Shown here in pieces: positions 16,744-25,817 of a DNA stretch of 38,527 bases (its first letter is position 1; each line of letters begins with the position of its first letter). The DNA is from a virus. Its lineage: Duplodnaviria; Caudoviricetes. The DNA lies in IMG/VR virus record IMGVR_UViG_3300049844_000180, positions 1 through 38,527 of that record, one strand, 5' to 3'. Below the pieces are notes generated by a model that made no database searches, had not been told where the DNA came from, and saw nothing but the letters and a program-made list of their open reading frames with translations. Both the position numbers and the translations under genes were made by a program.

Positions 16744-17213
16744 TGCTCGCTCCTTTTCACATATCCAAAAAGTTGAAACTGCAAAGAGTGATTGTAGAAA
16801 TACGTTTCACCATTATCATAAATTGGAAACGGGAAATCATAAGCGGCACCGAGAAAATAAGTGGGCGTCCTCGTGTAATTTCTAAACTCAATGGTGTGGT
16901 AATACTTAATGAATTTATTCAGTGGTTGCCGATCTAATGTTACCCTCAACCAACCAATCCAATAAGAGGTCACTCCCTCGATATCTGAAAGCTTGCTCCA
17001 CTCCGAGGAAAACAATTTCGATGAATAGGCATCATCCGAATAAACATTGATCCTCATTTCCTCGTTTGTTGGTACCGCCCCACTAATAAATATGGTGGCC
17101 CTCATGTAAGCGAGCTCTAAATTCTTTGGAGGAAAGAAAGAGCCAATCCTAATTTCCTCCCCGGTATCAACTGTTTTAATGTATTGGGTATCGGAAAAAT
17201 CTTTAAAGGCCAT
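16740..17213 (-). CDS. Minor tail protein (157 aa)
   Basis: AAGGAGGT SD before ATG 17213; tail-tip position. Confidence 0.7.
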   Translation of the reverse strand: MAFKDFSDTQYIKTVDTGEEIRIGSFFPPKNLELAYMRATIFISGAVPTNEEMRINVYSDDAYSSKLFSSEWSKLSDIEGVTSYWIGWLRVTLDRQPLNKFIKYYHTIEFRNYTRTPTYFLGAAYDFPFPIYDNGETYFYNHSLQFQLFGYVKRSEQ

Positions 17214-17214
17214 C

Positions 17215-18351
17215 TTAAACAACCTCCTTAAATTCAAGTGAAACACCAAAGAGGTCATTGATCAAATGCCTAAAGGTCGGCTCAGAATCAAAGACAACGT
17301 ATTTTGTAAACTCATCGATCTCATCCGTTATGCAAAGAGTGGGATCGATCGAAAGAAAGAATGGCGTAGTTGATCCCAGGTATTCGTAAAGGGCCTTGAG
17401 CCGATCCTTATCCTCTCTCTCGAGGATATCAACCCCTGCCCCTGATATGCGGGAGTATTTAACTTTCTTATCGAAGTGGAGCACTCCCGATTCGCTTATT
17501 GCTACATCGCTCGGATCAACATCTTGAGAGTTAAACCCAACTGCAATATTTGCATTGGTGAAAGTTACAAAATCGCCAAGGTAAAGGACGCCAATACTAA
17601 TTCCCTCTGGGCCTAAAGGATTGGCACGATCAATAATCGACAAACGCCAAAACCTGTAAGCGGTATCAGGTTGATCGTCGAGAAATCTCATTGCCCCTTT
17701 ATCAGTGATTGGGATTGAAATCGAAAACGGAGGAGCACTCCATTGATTTAGGTTGGATCCTGAAAGGGTGACGGTGGCATTATTTGAGATTGTGAAAACC
17801 TCATCAAGTGCCCCAATCAGAGCAAAGAATGTGACCTCTGCATTGTATCCTAAATCAAATATGGCATACTCCTCCGAGTGATTCCGTTGTTGATCGGCCA
17901 TGAAAGTAGTGCCAACCAAATCCGTCAACGTTGTAAATCCTATAGTATCCCAAGCGGAATTTGTCGTTTGAGAGAGCCGCAAGGTCACGCTCCCGGTATT
18001 GGTAATCTTAAAGCGGTAATCACCCACTAAGGTATCATATAATACCGTCCAGTTTGAAGAGGAGGCATTAAGCCTCGTTTGCAAATGTGCACGGAAAAGC
18101 TCGGGCGTATTATAATCGCCTGGGGTAAGGGTAATTGTTTTGTTGATCCCGTCGTTAATGTAAATTTTATCATTAACGTTAAGAGTGATCGTGAAATTCC
18201 CGCTCGGTTTCCATGCCCTCGACCTGAATGGATTTATGCAATTGGTGAAAGGAAAACTCGAAAGCTCACTACTGAAATCAATCTGAGAGCTAATCAATCG
18301 AGCAAAGTTATTTTCAGCGAAACGGATACGATGATTGCGCGTAGTGTTCAT
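17215..18351 (-). CDS. Distal tail protein-like, with inserted domain
   Basis: First gene after tape measure; AYRFWRL.I.D..N...I.IG.LYLG and terminal LEFKEV motifs. Confidence 0.65.
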   Translation of the reverse strand: MNTTRNHRIRFAENNFARLISSQIDFSSELSSFPFTNCINPFRSRAWKPSGNFTITLNVNDKIYINDGINKTITLTPGDYNTPELFRAHLQTRLNASSSNWTVLYDTLVGDYRFKITNTGSVTLRLSQTTNSAWDTIGFTTLTDLVGTTFMADQQRNHSEEYAIFDLGYNAEVTFFALIGALDEVFTISNNATVTLSGSNLNQWSAPPFSISIPITDKGAMRFLDDQPDTAYRFWRLSIIDRANPLGPEGISIGVLYLGDFVTFTNANIAVGFNSQDVDPSDVAISESGVLHFDKKVKYSRISGAGVDILEREDKDRLKALYEYLGSTTPFFLSIDPTLCITDEIDEFTKYVVFDSEPTFRHLINDLFGVSLEFKEVV

Positions 18352-18360
18352 TTAACCCTC

Positions 18361-21300
18361 TTACGATAACCGAGCATTCGTTCTATTCAAGGATAAGATA
18401 ATTTCGCCGAAAGCGCGATTATCAATTTGTAAAGTTGAATCGACTTGAATAGGTCTCTCAAGTAAATCCAAAATCCTCAACATTAAGGCCTCAAGCACTC
18501 GCCCTCTTTCCCCATTTGAGTTATCTCTTAAGAAACCTTTAAGGTCACTTGTAGTACCCCGATCGATCACGAGCTCACCCGAGTTAAGCATTACAGGGCC
18601 AAAGCGATCTCCCGAGAAACCGTTTGGTATCTCTCCCCCATTTGCCAATTGAGGCGGTCTCATTACCTTGGTTAAAGGGTTTCTTAGGTAAGAACCAATC
18701 ACTCCCCTCACCGCCCCGGTAACTGCATTCATGGGGCTTTTAACTAACTCTACAAGGTCAATGCTTGCGCCTATTGCTTGCAGAGATCGATAGAGCTCCA
18801 TGATCCATTCAGGGATAACATTTATCCCGAGTAAGTTTTGGACTTGATCAATCACATTAACAATTGATCCGGTCACTCCTGAGACAACGCCGGAAACCGC
18901 TCCCGATACTGAGCTAACTGCCCCACTTACCGCCCCCGAAATTGCGCCTCCAATACTACCGCCAAAGCGAAATCCTGGGATGCCAACCCCCAGGCCCTTG
19001 AGAAATTCGATGATACCAAGTGCCCCTTGCTTTACTACCGATCTTGGTAATACAATCTCACCCGCTGAGAGCAACGCCGGAATTACATCATTAACCGCCG
19101 AATCCCCTCCGGTCTTTGCATGGCCGGCAACAAAGCCTCCCGTTGCAAATTTAACAAACGGGAAATCCATCCCAATAAAGTTTTCTACTGTACCCTTGCC
19201 GCCACCGTCGAAATGAAACATTTTTGATAAGAGATTAACTGGGTTAAATTTTTCCATGAGGTTTCTAAATCCCTCAAAGATTTTCTCACCAATGCCTCTA
19301 AGCATATCTCCCTTAAGCACTTCCTCGAATCCGTTTTTGATTCCATCAATGAAAGCTTGCCCCGCCGCTGGGATTGCTTTAATTAACGCGGCAACGGCGG
19401 CAATTGCGATCGAAGTCCAAAACGCAGGGGATGCCATCGTGACTGTCATGTTGTATGCAAGGGCCTCCATTAAGTAAGGGAGGTTGTTAATAAAGCCCAT
19501 GACCATCGCCATACCAATAGGGCCGCCTATGAGGTTAGCAACATTGATGAGCGCATTCCCTAATAGGATTGGTAAATCTGCGATGAGCTTAGTAAACATT
19601 TCGGTAAATTTTTCGGGGGCCTGGGTGAAAATATCAAATAAGGCCATGACCATTTCACCGATCTCAATGCCCATAAAGGTAACGCCCTCAAGTAATTTTC
19701 CAACGGTATCATTAAGGGCCTTACCTATTTTTGGAAAATCTTTAGAGATGGCCTTAATTAATGGAGCGAATTGTTTGGCCGAATCTTTATCAAAGAGAAT
19801 CTTGATCCCAAATTTGGCAAGGGCATTCGCCGAGGTTAATGCTTGCGTGACTGTTTTAAGCATATCCTGGGAGGCCTTCTTTTCGAGCTCTTGTTTCTTT
19901 TCAAAATACTCTTTATCGTTTGCCAATCTCAATTGGTTAGCAAGTTGAGCATTAACAACGGTGCCATCCTCGAGTACCAATCGCCTTTTATAGGCATCCT
20001 GAATGATTTTATTTTGTTGCTCCCAATGAGCTTGAATCTTTCCAAGCTCACCATTCTCCACGCCTCTAAGTGCCTCTTGCACCTTTTGAAAATCACTCTT
20101 AAGTTTATTGAGATCAAACTTAATAGGTGAGGCCCCAGGAAAAGCGTTGTTTATCTCTTTTCCAATTTGCTCTACGGCCTTGTGACCAGTACCCTTTAAA
20201 GCATCGAGAGCTTTCTTGGCATACTCTTGACCGAACACCCTGCCATTATTTGAAGCGGCATCGGCAAGCATCTTTTCATTTTGCTTTTGAAGTGTGGCAA
20301 TTTTTTCCTCAAGCGATCGCATATTATAAACAGCATCGAGGGCGCTTTCACTTAGACCTTGTACAAAATCTTGGCCTTTGGCCTTAAGTCCTACGGCCTT
20401 TCTTAGCTTATTGATTCCCTCAAAGAGAGCGCCAAAGCCATCACTCGCAAGCTCAAGAGCATTAATATAAATTCCCTTAACTGCAATTGAGAGCTCATAC
20501 AAAAGGATAAGAGCATTATTAACAAACTTAGTAAGGACGTTACCCCAACCGCCAACCTCATCTTTTAATTGAATGATTTTCGCAATCAAAACATCAAGGA
20601 CGATAAAGAGCCCTGCGGTTGCTACTCCTTTAAAAACACTCATGGCAACACTTGAGGCCCTTACCGCAGTTGTAAATGCTGCAAGAGATCCCGTGGCCTC
20701 TTTAAGAGATGCACTTACCGAAACTGCAAATTGATAAAATCCGGTTGCCATTTGTTTCGTAGATTGGGTTACAAAATAACTAAGCTCTACAAGTGCAACA
20801 ATGAAACCGGCGAATAATGTTGACTTAAGAAATCTAAATACCTCCTCGACTGAGTTTCCAAACTTGATAAATTTCTCAAGAGCATTCACTGAGAATTGAA
20901 CAACATCATCCTTGGTTTTAATGAATGATTTTCTTAGCTCTCCCATCCATTCACCAAATGATCGTATGAGCTCAATCACCAAAGGGCTCTTGATGATCAC
21001 CATCCCGATCTCGCCAAGTAAGAGATTAAGTTGATTCTTGGCCCCGGCGGTTACACTTGAAAACTCCTCGAGGAGACGGTTGTAATCGCCTTGGTATTTC
21101 GTCGCCTCTTGGTTTAAGAAATTAACAATTGCTTGTCTTTTCTCTTTAACTGTTAATTGATCGGTAGTTTTTCCGAGAGAGTTTGCATATTCTCTTTCAA
21201 GCTCGGCGGTTTTGGTGCCAAGGTTAATTGAGTTAAACGCAAGAAAGTTTCCTCTCCTCACGCCATCACTTACGGCCTCAAGAGCTTGTGCCAAGGAAAT

Positions 21301-21789
21301 ATTTTCATCTTTGTTGTAAGCGGCAATCTCTCTCATTGATTTAAAAAGCTTGATCGCCTCGGGCAAACCTAACCCACTATTCATGAGAGAGCGAAGGATT
21401 GCAGAGGTGTTTTGAACTGGCATAAGGCCATCATCGGAAAGCTCGAGAGCGGCGCTTTTTAAATCATTAAAGCGGGTGCCCGTACCCTTTGCAACCGTTT
21501 CCAAAACATCGAAGGCATCATTTAAGCTTTCGGCCTCTGTGATTAGCTTATTAAATCCAAGTCCAATACCAAGGCCAGCGAGTGCGCCACCAAGAGAAAA
21601 TACTACATCGGTAATTGAATTAAATATACTCTTTGCACTCGAGAGCGTACTGACCATCAATGACAAATTTTTCTTTGATTCTTTTGCCGTATCTGATAAG
21701 GCCTCAACCGATGAGTTTAAAAGTTTGATGCCTTTTTGATTCGCCTCGAGCCCCTCAATCTTAAGCTCTATTTTAATCTCTTGGGCCAT
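18361..21789 (-). CDS. Tail tape measure protein
   Basis: 1142 aa, Ala/Leu/Gly-rich helical; C-terminal FATGG.V...DVIPALLS.GE.V and ANGG...LNSGELV motifs; follows the chaperone frameshift. Confidence 0.92.
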   Translation of the reverse strand: MAQEIKIELKIEGLEANQKGIKLLNSSVEALSDTAKESKKNLSLMVSTLSSAKSIFNSITDVVFSLGGALAGLGIGLGFNKLITEAESLNDAFDVLETVAKGTGTRFNDLKSAALELSDDGLMPVQNTSAILRSLMNSGLGLPEAIKLFKSMREIAAYNKDENISLAQALEAVSDGVRRGNFLAFNSINLGTKTAELEREYANSLGKTTDQLTVKEKRQAIVNFLNQEATKYQGDYNRLLEEFSSVTAGAKNQLNLLLGEIGMVIIKSPLVIELIRSFGEWMGELRKSFIKTKDDVVQFSVNALEKFIKFGNSVEEVFRFLKSTLFAGFIVALVELSYFVTQSTKQMATGFYQFAVSVSASLKEATGSLAAFTTAVRASSVAMSVFKGVATAGLFIVLDVLIAKIIQLKDEVGGWGNVLTKFVNNALILLYELSIAVKGIYINALELASDGFGALFEGINKLRKAVGLKAKGQDFVQGLSESALDAVYNMRSLEEKIATLQKQNEKMLADAASNNGRVFGQEYAKKALDALKGTGHKAVEQIGKEINNAFPGASPIKFDLNKLKSDFQKVQEALRGVENGELGKIQAHWEQQNKIIQDAYKRRLVLEDGTVVNAQLANQLRLANDKEYFEKKQELEKKASQDMLKTVTQALTSANALAKFGIKILFDKDSAKQFAPLIKAISKDFPKIGKALNDTVGKLLEGVTFMGIEIGEMVMALFDIFTQAPEKFTEMFTKLIADLPILLGNALINVANLIGGPIGMAMVMGFINNLPYLMEALAYNMTVTMASPAFWTSIAIAAVAALIKAIPAAGQAFIDGIKNGFEEVLKGDMLRGIGEKIFEGFRNLMEKFNPVNLLSKMFHFDGGGKGTVENFIGMDFPFVKFATGGFVAGHAKTGGDSAVNDVIPALLSAGEIVLPRSVVKQGALGIIEFLKGLGVGIPGFRFGGSIGGAISGAVSGAVSSVSGAVSGVVSGVTGSIVNVIDQVQNLLGINVIPEWIMELYRSLQAIGASIDLVELVKSPMNAVTGAVRGVIGSYLRNPLTKVMRPPQLANGGEIPNGFSGDRFGPVMLNSGELVIDRGTTSDLKGFLRDNSNGERGRVLEALMLRILDLLERPIQVDSTLQIDNRAFGEIILSLNRTNARLS

Positions 21790-22037
21790 TATCGTTTCCT
21801 TTTTGGAGTGGGTTTATCTCTTTCCTTTTTTTCCAATTCAGAAATTGTGTTTGCAATCAGATTATAGCACTCAACTTGCCAACATTCCAAATCATCAGGA
21901 TCGAAATGGTAACCTAAAGAGGCGAGGGTTTTCTTATTCACATAATCCTGCAAGAGAAAAGCGGCCTTGTTTGAACTGGGAAATCCTTTAAATGCCCAGG
22001 AAACTTGTTGCTTTATTTCTTGCTTAAGGAGTTTCCC
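21789..22037 (-). CDS. Tail assembly chaperone GT, -1 frameshift extension
   Basis: -1 frame open for 83 codons from the slippery GGGAAAC to a TAA overlapping the tape-measure ATG. Confidence 0.85.
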   Translation of the reverse strand, partial: GKLLKQEIKQQVSWAFKGFPSSNKAAFLLQDYVNKKTLASLGYHFDPDDLECWQVECYNLIANTISELEKKERDKPTPKRKR

Positions 22038-22357
22038 AGGCTTTCACCTTGGTTGTAAATCGTGATGAGCTTTTGCATTACGGCAATGTATTCATGATAA
22101 TTCTCAAGCTCATCGAGAGAGGTGAATACGGTACCGCTCTCAAGGTGTTTGAGCTCCATGGATTTAACTTTAGAGTGAATAATATCGTAAAGCTTAGTTA
22201 CCTCTTTCGCAAGGTTGACTGATTTAATATCAACTTGCCCATCATCATTTAAGGTCAATGAAAGAGAAGAGAGCTCAATCATCCTTTGACGATACTTGCC
22301 TAAGTCAATTTCAATGAAGCCTTCGAAACCATCAAAATCCGAGATTCTTTTTAACAT
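22013..22357 (-). CDS. Tail assembly chaperone (lambda G-like)
   Basis: Between tail tube and tape measure; ends ...LGNSLSKK with G GGA AAC; AAGGA SD before ATG 22357. Confidence 0.85.
   Translation of the reverse strand: MLKRISDFDGFEGFIEIDLGKYRQRMIELSSLSLTLNDDGQVDIKSVNLAKEVTKLYDIIHSKVKSMELKHLESGTVFTSLDELENYHEYIAVMQKLITIYNQGESLGNSLSKK
22031..22037 (-). other. Programmed -1 ribosomal frameshift site GGGAAAC
   Basis: X XXY YYZ heptamer in the correct phase (CTG GGA AAC). Confidence 0.85.
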
Positions 22358-22376
22358 AATGAAAACCGTCCTTTTT

Positions 22377-22415
22377 AAAAAAGGGAGAGTGGTGAATAGG
22401 AAAGTCCACTCTCCC
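22377..22415 (-). terminator. Terminator/attenuator after tail tube gene
   Basis: GGGAGAGTGG-N13-CCACTCTCCC followed by T6. Confidence 0.75.
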
Positions 22416-22439
22416 AACTGTGGAGATGGTAGGAAAATA

Positions 22440-23936
22440 CTAGAGGAAATTCAAATAGAACGTGCCAAGCCCATTTGAAACGAAAGTTTTTAACTGCATA
22501 TTAAGGACACACATTCCGTCCTCGTCACCGATTGAGAATGATGCGATCTTAACGGTCGGGCAAAAAATGTTTCCACTCTTTCCGGCAACCCACTGGCCAC
22601 CATTTTTCTCACCAAAATTGTAGGTAAACATGATCTCGTCGTTTGATCGGAATCGTTTAAACTCCTCTGCTTGACCGGCGGCCAAGTAAGAAACAACGTC
22701 AATCGTTACCTCTCTTTGAGTAAAGATGGTACCGCTCTTTCCAGAAGCCGCGCAAATATCAGTTTTGTCGGCCTTGGTATTTGTAAGAGCAATTGAAACA
22801 CTACGAGCTCCAAAGCAAACATATTCAGTTGCATTGCCGATCATGATTTGGTTGTCTTTTGCAACCAATGGCGATGCCGAATCATAAGTGGGGCTTATTG
22901 TGCTCGCCCAGCTTAAGGCCGTATCACTTGAGTATGTGAGTGCGGCGGTATCATCAGTATTACTAAAGCCAATCGTGGTTTTAATTGAGTTAGCGGTATT
23001 GGCACCGGTTGCCCACAATAGAGAGAATGTTGCCCCATCGGAGGTGATGGTAAACTTCCTAAGTGAGTCGCTATAGCTAACCCCGATTACATCGGTTGTA
23101 AGGGCCTGCATAGCGATTCTGATGGCCTCTGCAAGCTCGTAGGGATCACGGTAGGTGCCTTCTGCAATCGAGGCATTTTCCTCCCCACCGCCATCGTCGA
23201 AATCAATGTACTTGTTGGTTGCTCCGATTACGAAAGGATCAAAATAATATTTGATTCCCTCAATAGTGAAAGAGGTGTTGATAAATTCACCGGCGGCAAT
23301 ATCGATGGTCATATCAACCACGCGACCGCCTGCGAGCATTTCAACTGCTCCGCTGTTTGCTCGGTAAACCCAAATATCGATTGTTGGATGAGAATCATTT
23401 GTTACCGCATAGGTAACACATTTTCCCGTTGATACTCCGGCGGCGGGAGCGGCACTTAGATTTTGAGCTAAGTTTAAATCGTTCGTACTAACTGTGAGGA
23501 CGTTGCGGATTGCGTACCCATTTACACCATCCTTCAAAAGTATGGCACGGCCACGAGAAAAATCTGCCCCGCCCGCTGTGAGCTTAACAACGGAGGTAGT
23601 TGAGGCCGCCGCCGTCACTCTTTCAGTCGCATTCACATTTTTTGAGCCAAGGCATGATTCAAGTAGGTGCTTAAAGTTTGGCTCTTGCCCCTCTACTCCT
23701 GAATGCCGTAGGTAATGGGAGACCGATGCCGATGGCTCCTCGAATCCAAGAGCGGGCTTTGGCATATCAATCGAGCTTTGTAGCTCGGCATTTGTAAGCT
23801 CGGTAAAGCTTGGCTCTACTGAAAAGCCCTCTTGAAACGCGACGAAATCGGTGCCAGTGGTAGGCGCGACGGGCGTGCCCTCTGTTACCTCTTTGGTAAC
23901 TGCAAAAATGGTATTTCTTGTTTGTAGTACGGTCAT
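22440..23936 (-). CDS. Major tail (tube) protein with inserted domain
   Basis: N-terminal AV.KE.T.GTP..PT; C-terminal IF.P.VK....S.GD.DG motif of tube proteins; GGAGG SD; terminator downstream. Confidence 0.85.
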   Translation of the reverse strand: MTVLQTRNTIFAVTKEVTEGTPVAPTTGTDFVAFQEGFSVEPSFTELTNAELQSSIDMPKPALGFEEPSASVSHYLRHSGVEGQEPNFKHLLESCLGSKNVNATERVTAAASTTSVVKLTAGGADFSRGRAILLKDGVNGYAIRNVLTVSTNDLNLAQNLSAAPAAGVSTGKCVTYAVTNDSHPTIDIWVYRANSGAVEMLAGGRVVDMTIDIAAGEFINTSFTIEGIKYYFDPFVIGATNKYIDFDDGGGEENASIAEGTYRDPYELAEAIRIAMQALTTDVIGVSYSDSLRKFTITSDGATFSLLWATGANTANSIKTTIGFSNTDDTAALTYSSDTALSWASTISPTYDSASPLVAKDNQIMIGNATEYVCFGARSVSIALTNTKADKTDICAASGKSGTIFTQREVTIDVVSYLAAGQAEEFKRFRSNDEIMFTYNFGEKNGGQWVAGKSGNIFCPTVKIASFSIGDEDGMCVLNMQLKTFVSNGLGTFYLNFL

Positions 23937-23949
23937 TTGAATTTTCCTC

Positions 23950-24408
23950 CTAAGTTAGGTTTTCAAAATATTCCACATTAAAAGACGCTTGAATACTGAG
24001 TATGCTCCTCGATTCACCAAATGCGCGAATGATACCCCCGTCACTTAGATAATCGCGCTTTACTCCTCTAAGGGTTGCATAGGAATCATTCTTTGAAAAG
24101 TCATTGATCACAATATGCAATTCCTCAAGCAATGCCTTTTCGGTTGCTTTAAGCTTGTCGATATCCTTATGGCCGGCGAATGGTGCCTTTGTTAAAGAGA
24201 TCACGATTTGGCGGGAAACCGAAAGGCGGCAAGCAACCTCTCGTTTGGTATTGTTTGCAGGGCCTATGTAAATGGCAAATCCATCGGCCAAGAAAATCTC
24301 ATCATTGTTGTAGAGATTTAGTGAATCGGCCAAAACTTTTTTCGATGGAAAGAGTGAGGCCATCATTGAATAGAGATCGTCATGGATGCCCGAAATAGTA
24401 GTGCTCAT
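23950..24408 (-). CDS. Tail terminator-like protein
   Basis: 152 aa immediately upstream of the tube gene; C-terminal strand F.VEY. Confidence 0.6.
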   Translation of the reverse strand: MSTTISGIHDDLYSMMASLFPSKKVLADSLNLYNNDEIFLADGFAIYIGPANNTKREVACRLSVSRQIVISLTKAPFAGHKDIDKLKATEKALLEELHIVINDFSKNDSYATLRGVKRDYLSDGGIIRAFGESRSILSIQASFNVEYFENLT

Positions 24409-25254
24409 TTATCTCACCATACTCCTCACCGAGTTATTGATTTCACCACGGCTCAAAAAAGCATCCTCATCCCTGTCAATGCTATATCTCTCAAGGGAAA
24501 GAGTAAAATTATATTGTTCTTTGGCCTCGGCAAGCTTCTCTTTATAATCACCGCCCAGGCTCCTATAAATAAGCTCAAGGGTTTTCCAATCGGTCGGTAT
24601 TGAGAAATCATCAAGCCTTAAAACGCTCCCCTGGTTTTGAGCAAGGCCTCGGCGTTTTAAATCTCGGATGAGCATAAGGGTTGCGGTTACAATCTCATCA
24701 TCCCAATTGGTCTTTCCTGGGGCAAATGAATCAAGGTATTGGTTAATCTTTGCATCGTAGGAATCAATTTGTTGATGCCTCGAGAATGCAAAAGTAAATC
24801 GTTTGATGGCCGTTGTGTTTTTTAAGGTTGCCGAATACTTTAAACGGAGCCAATAAACGTTAAAGATATTTAGAGTTTCCAATTCGGCGGGGTACGATCC
24901 TCTTTTGGTATCACTGGTAATAAACCAACCATACTGAGGATCGGGGGAAAATTGAACGATACCCGATTTTGTTAATGGCTTACCATTGTTGTCGGCGGTA
25001 CCGTCGAGAATATCAACCGCATCTCTCCATGTTTTCGAATCCCAATATTGAATACCAAGATCGGCGGTAACATCATTTGCAACGTTCGTTTGGATGAAAA
25101 AATTATTGAATGGATAATGTTGCCCAAGATAAATGTAATCCTCATTTACAACCAAGGCCATCGGGATCGTTTGCCCTTCCTCCTGGTTGCGAAGGCTCAA
25201 ATCCTTAAGCACGCCATTATCTGAATTGATCACTCTTAAGTATTGATAAAGCAT
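24409..25254 (-). CDS. Head-tail adaptor-like protein with N-terminal beta domain
   Basis: Helical C-terminal part (about 125 aa) ending SIDRDED...VR; neck position. Confidence 0.55.
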   Translation of the reverse strand: MLYQYLRVINSDNGVLKDLSLRNQEEGQTIPMALVVNEDYIYLGQHYPFNNFFIQTNVANDVTADLGIQYWDSKTWRDAVDILDGTADNNGKPLTKSGIVQFSPDPQYGWFITSDTKRGSYPAELETLNIFNVYWLRLKYSATLKNTTAIKRFTFAFSRHQQIDSYDAKINQYLDSFAPGKTNWDDEIVTATLMLIRDLKRRGLAQNQGSVLRLDDFSIPTDWKTLELIYRSLGGDYKEKLAEAKEQYNFTLSLERYSIDRDEDAFLSRGEINNSVRSMVR

Positions 25255-25256
25255 CT

Positions 25257-25817
25257 TTACTTTTCCTTAATGTTGATGGTTTCAATCTCACCTAAACAAC
25301 GCAAAAGAATATTTTTATTTTTTAAAAAATGGTCTCTAAGAACACGAGGGGAAATCGTGTTATCATCCTGGTTAGGCTTATAAGGATCGGCCAATGATTT
25401 TGAGGTAAGCTCGGTGCAAGTGATATTCCCTCGGCACCATTTCCACATCGTCTTTTTCTCAATACCAAAGCACTCACACAACCACTTATACATAAACCAG
25501 GGATAACTTAGGTATCCATACCAACAACCCGAATAAATGCGGTAAATGACGTTTGAGGTAGCAAGCATCAATTGCCTATCGTTTTCGTTAATGATCTCCC
25601 ATGCCTCAATGTAATGATCCTCGTTGTACTTACGAGCGACGGGAGTAGGGCATACTAAAGTTGAGGTTGTCTCAAGTGCGGTAAGTATTTCTCCTGGCCC
25701 TTTGATCACTACGAAAGAGTGGGTGAATTTAGAGCGGGTGAAAAACTTAATCCCTCTTTGGATAAAATTTCCTTTTCTTGGCCCTGAAAAACAAATCATT
25801 CCTTCTTTAAACATCAT
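25257..25817 (-). CDS. Permuted papain-like NlpC/P60 enzyme (YiiX/YebB-like)
   Basis: His before Cys: IKFFTRSKFTHSFVV, Y.G..Y, ITCTEL, ISP..L. Confidence 0.75.
   Translation of the reverse strand: MMFKEGMICFSGPRKGNFIQRGIKFFTRSKFTHSFVVIKGPGEILTALETTSTLVCPTPVARKYNEDHYIEAWEIINENDRQLMLATSNVIYRIYSGCWYGYLSYPWFMYKWLCECFGIEKKTMWKWCRGNITCTELTSKSLADPYKPNQDDNTISPRVLRDHFLKNKNILLRCLGEIETINIKEK

Noticed and set aside
21803-21991. Plus-strand 62-aa ORF
   Set aside because: Antisense shadow of the GT frameshift extension
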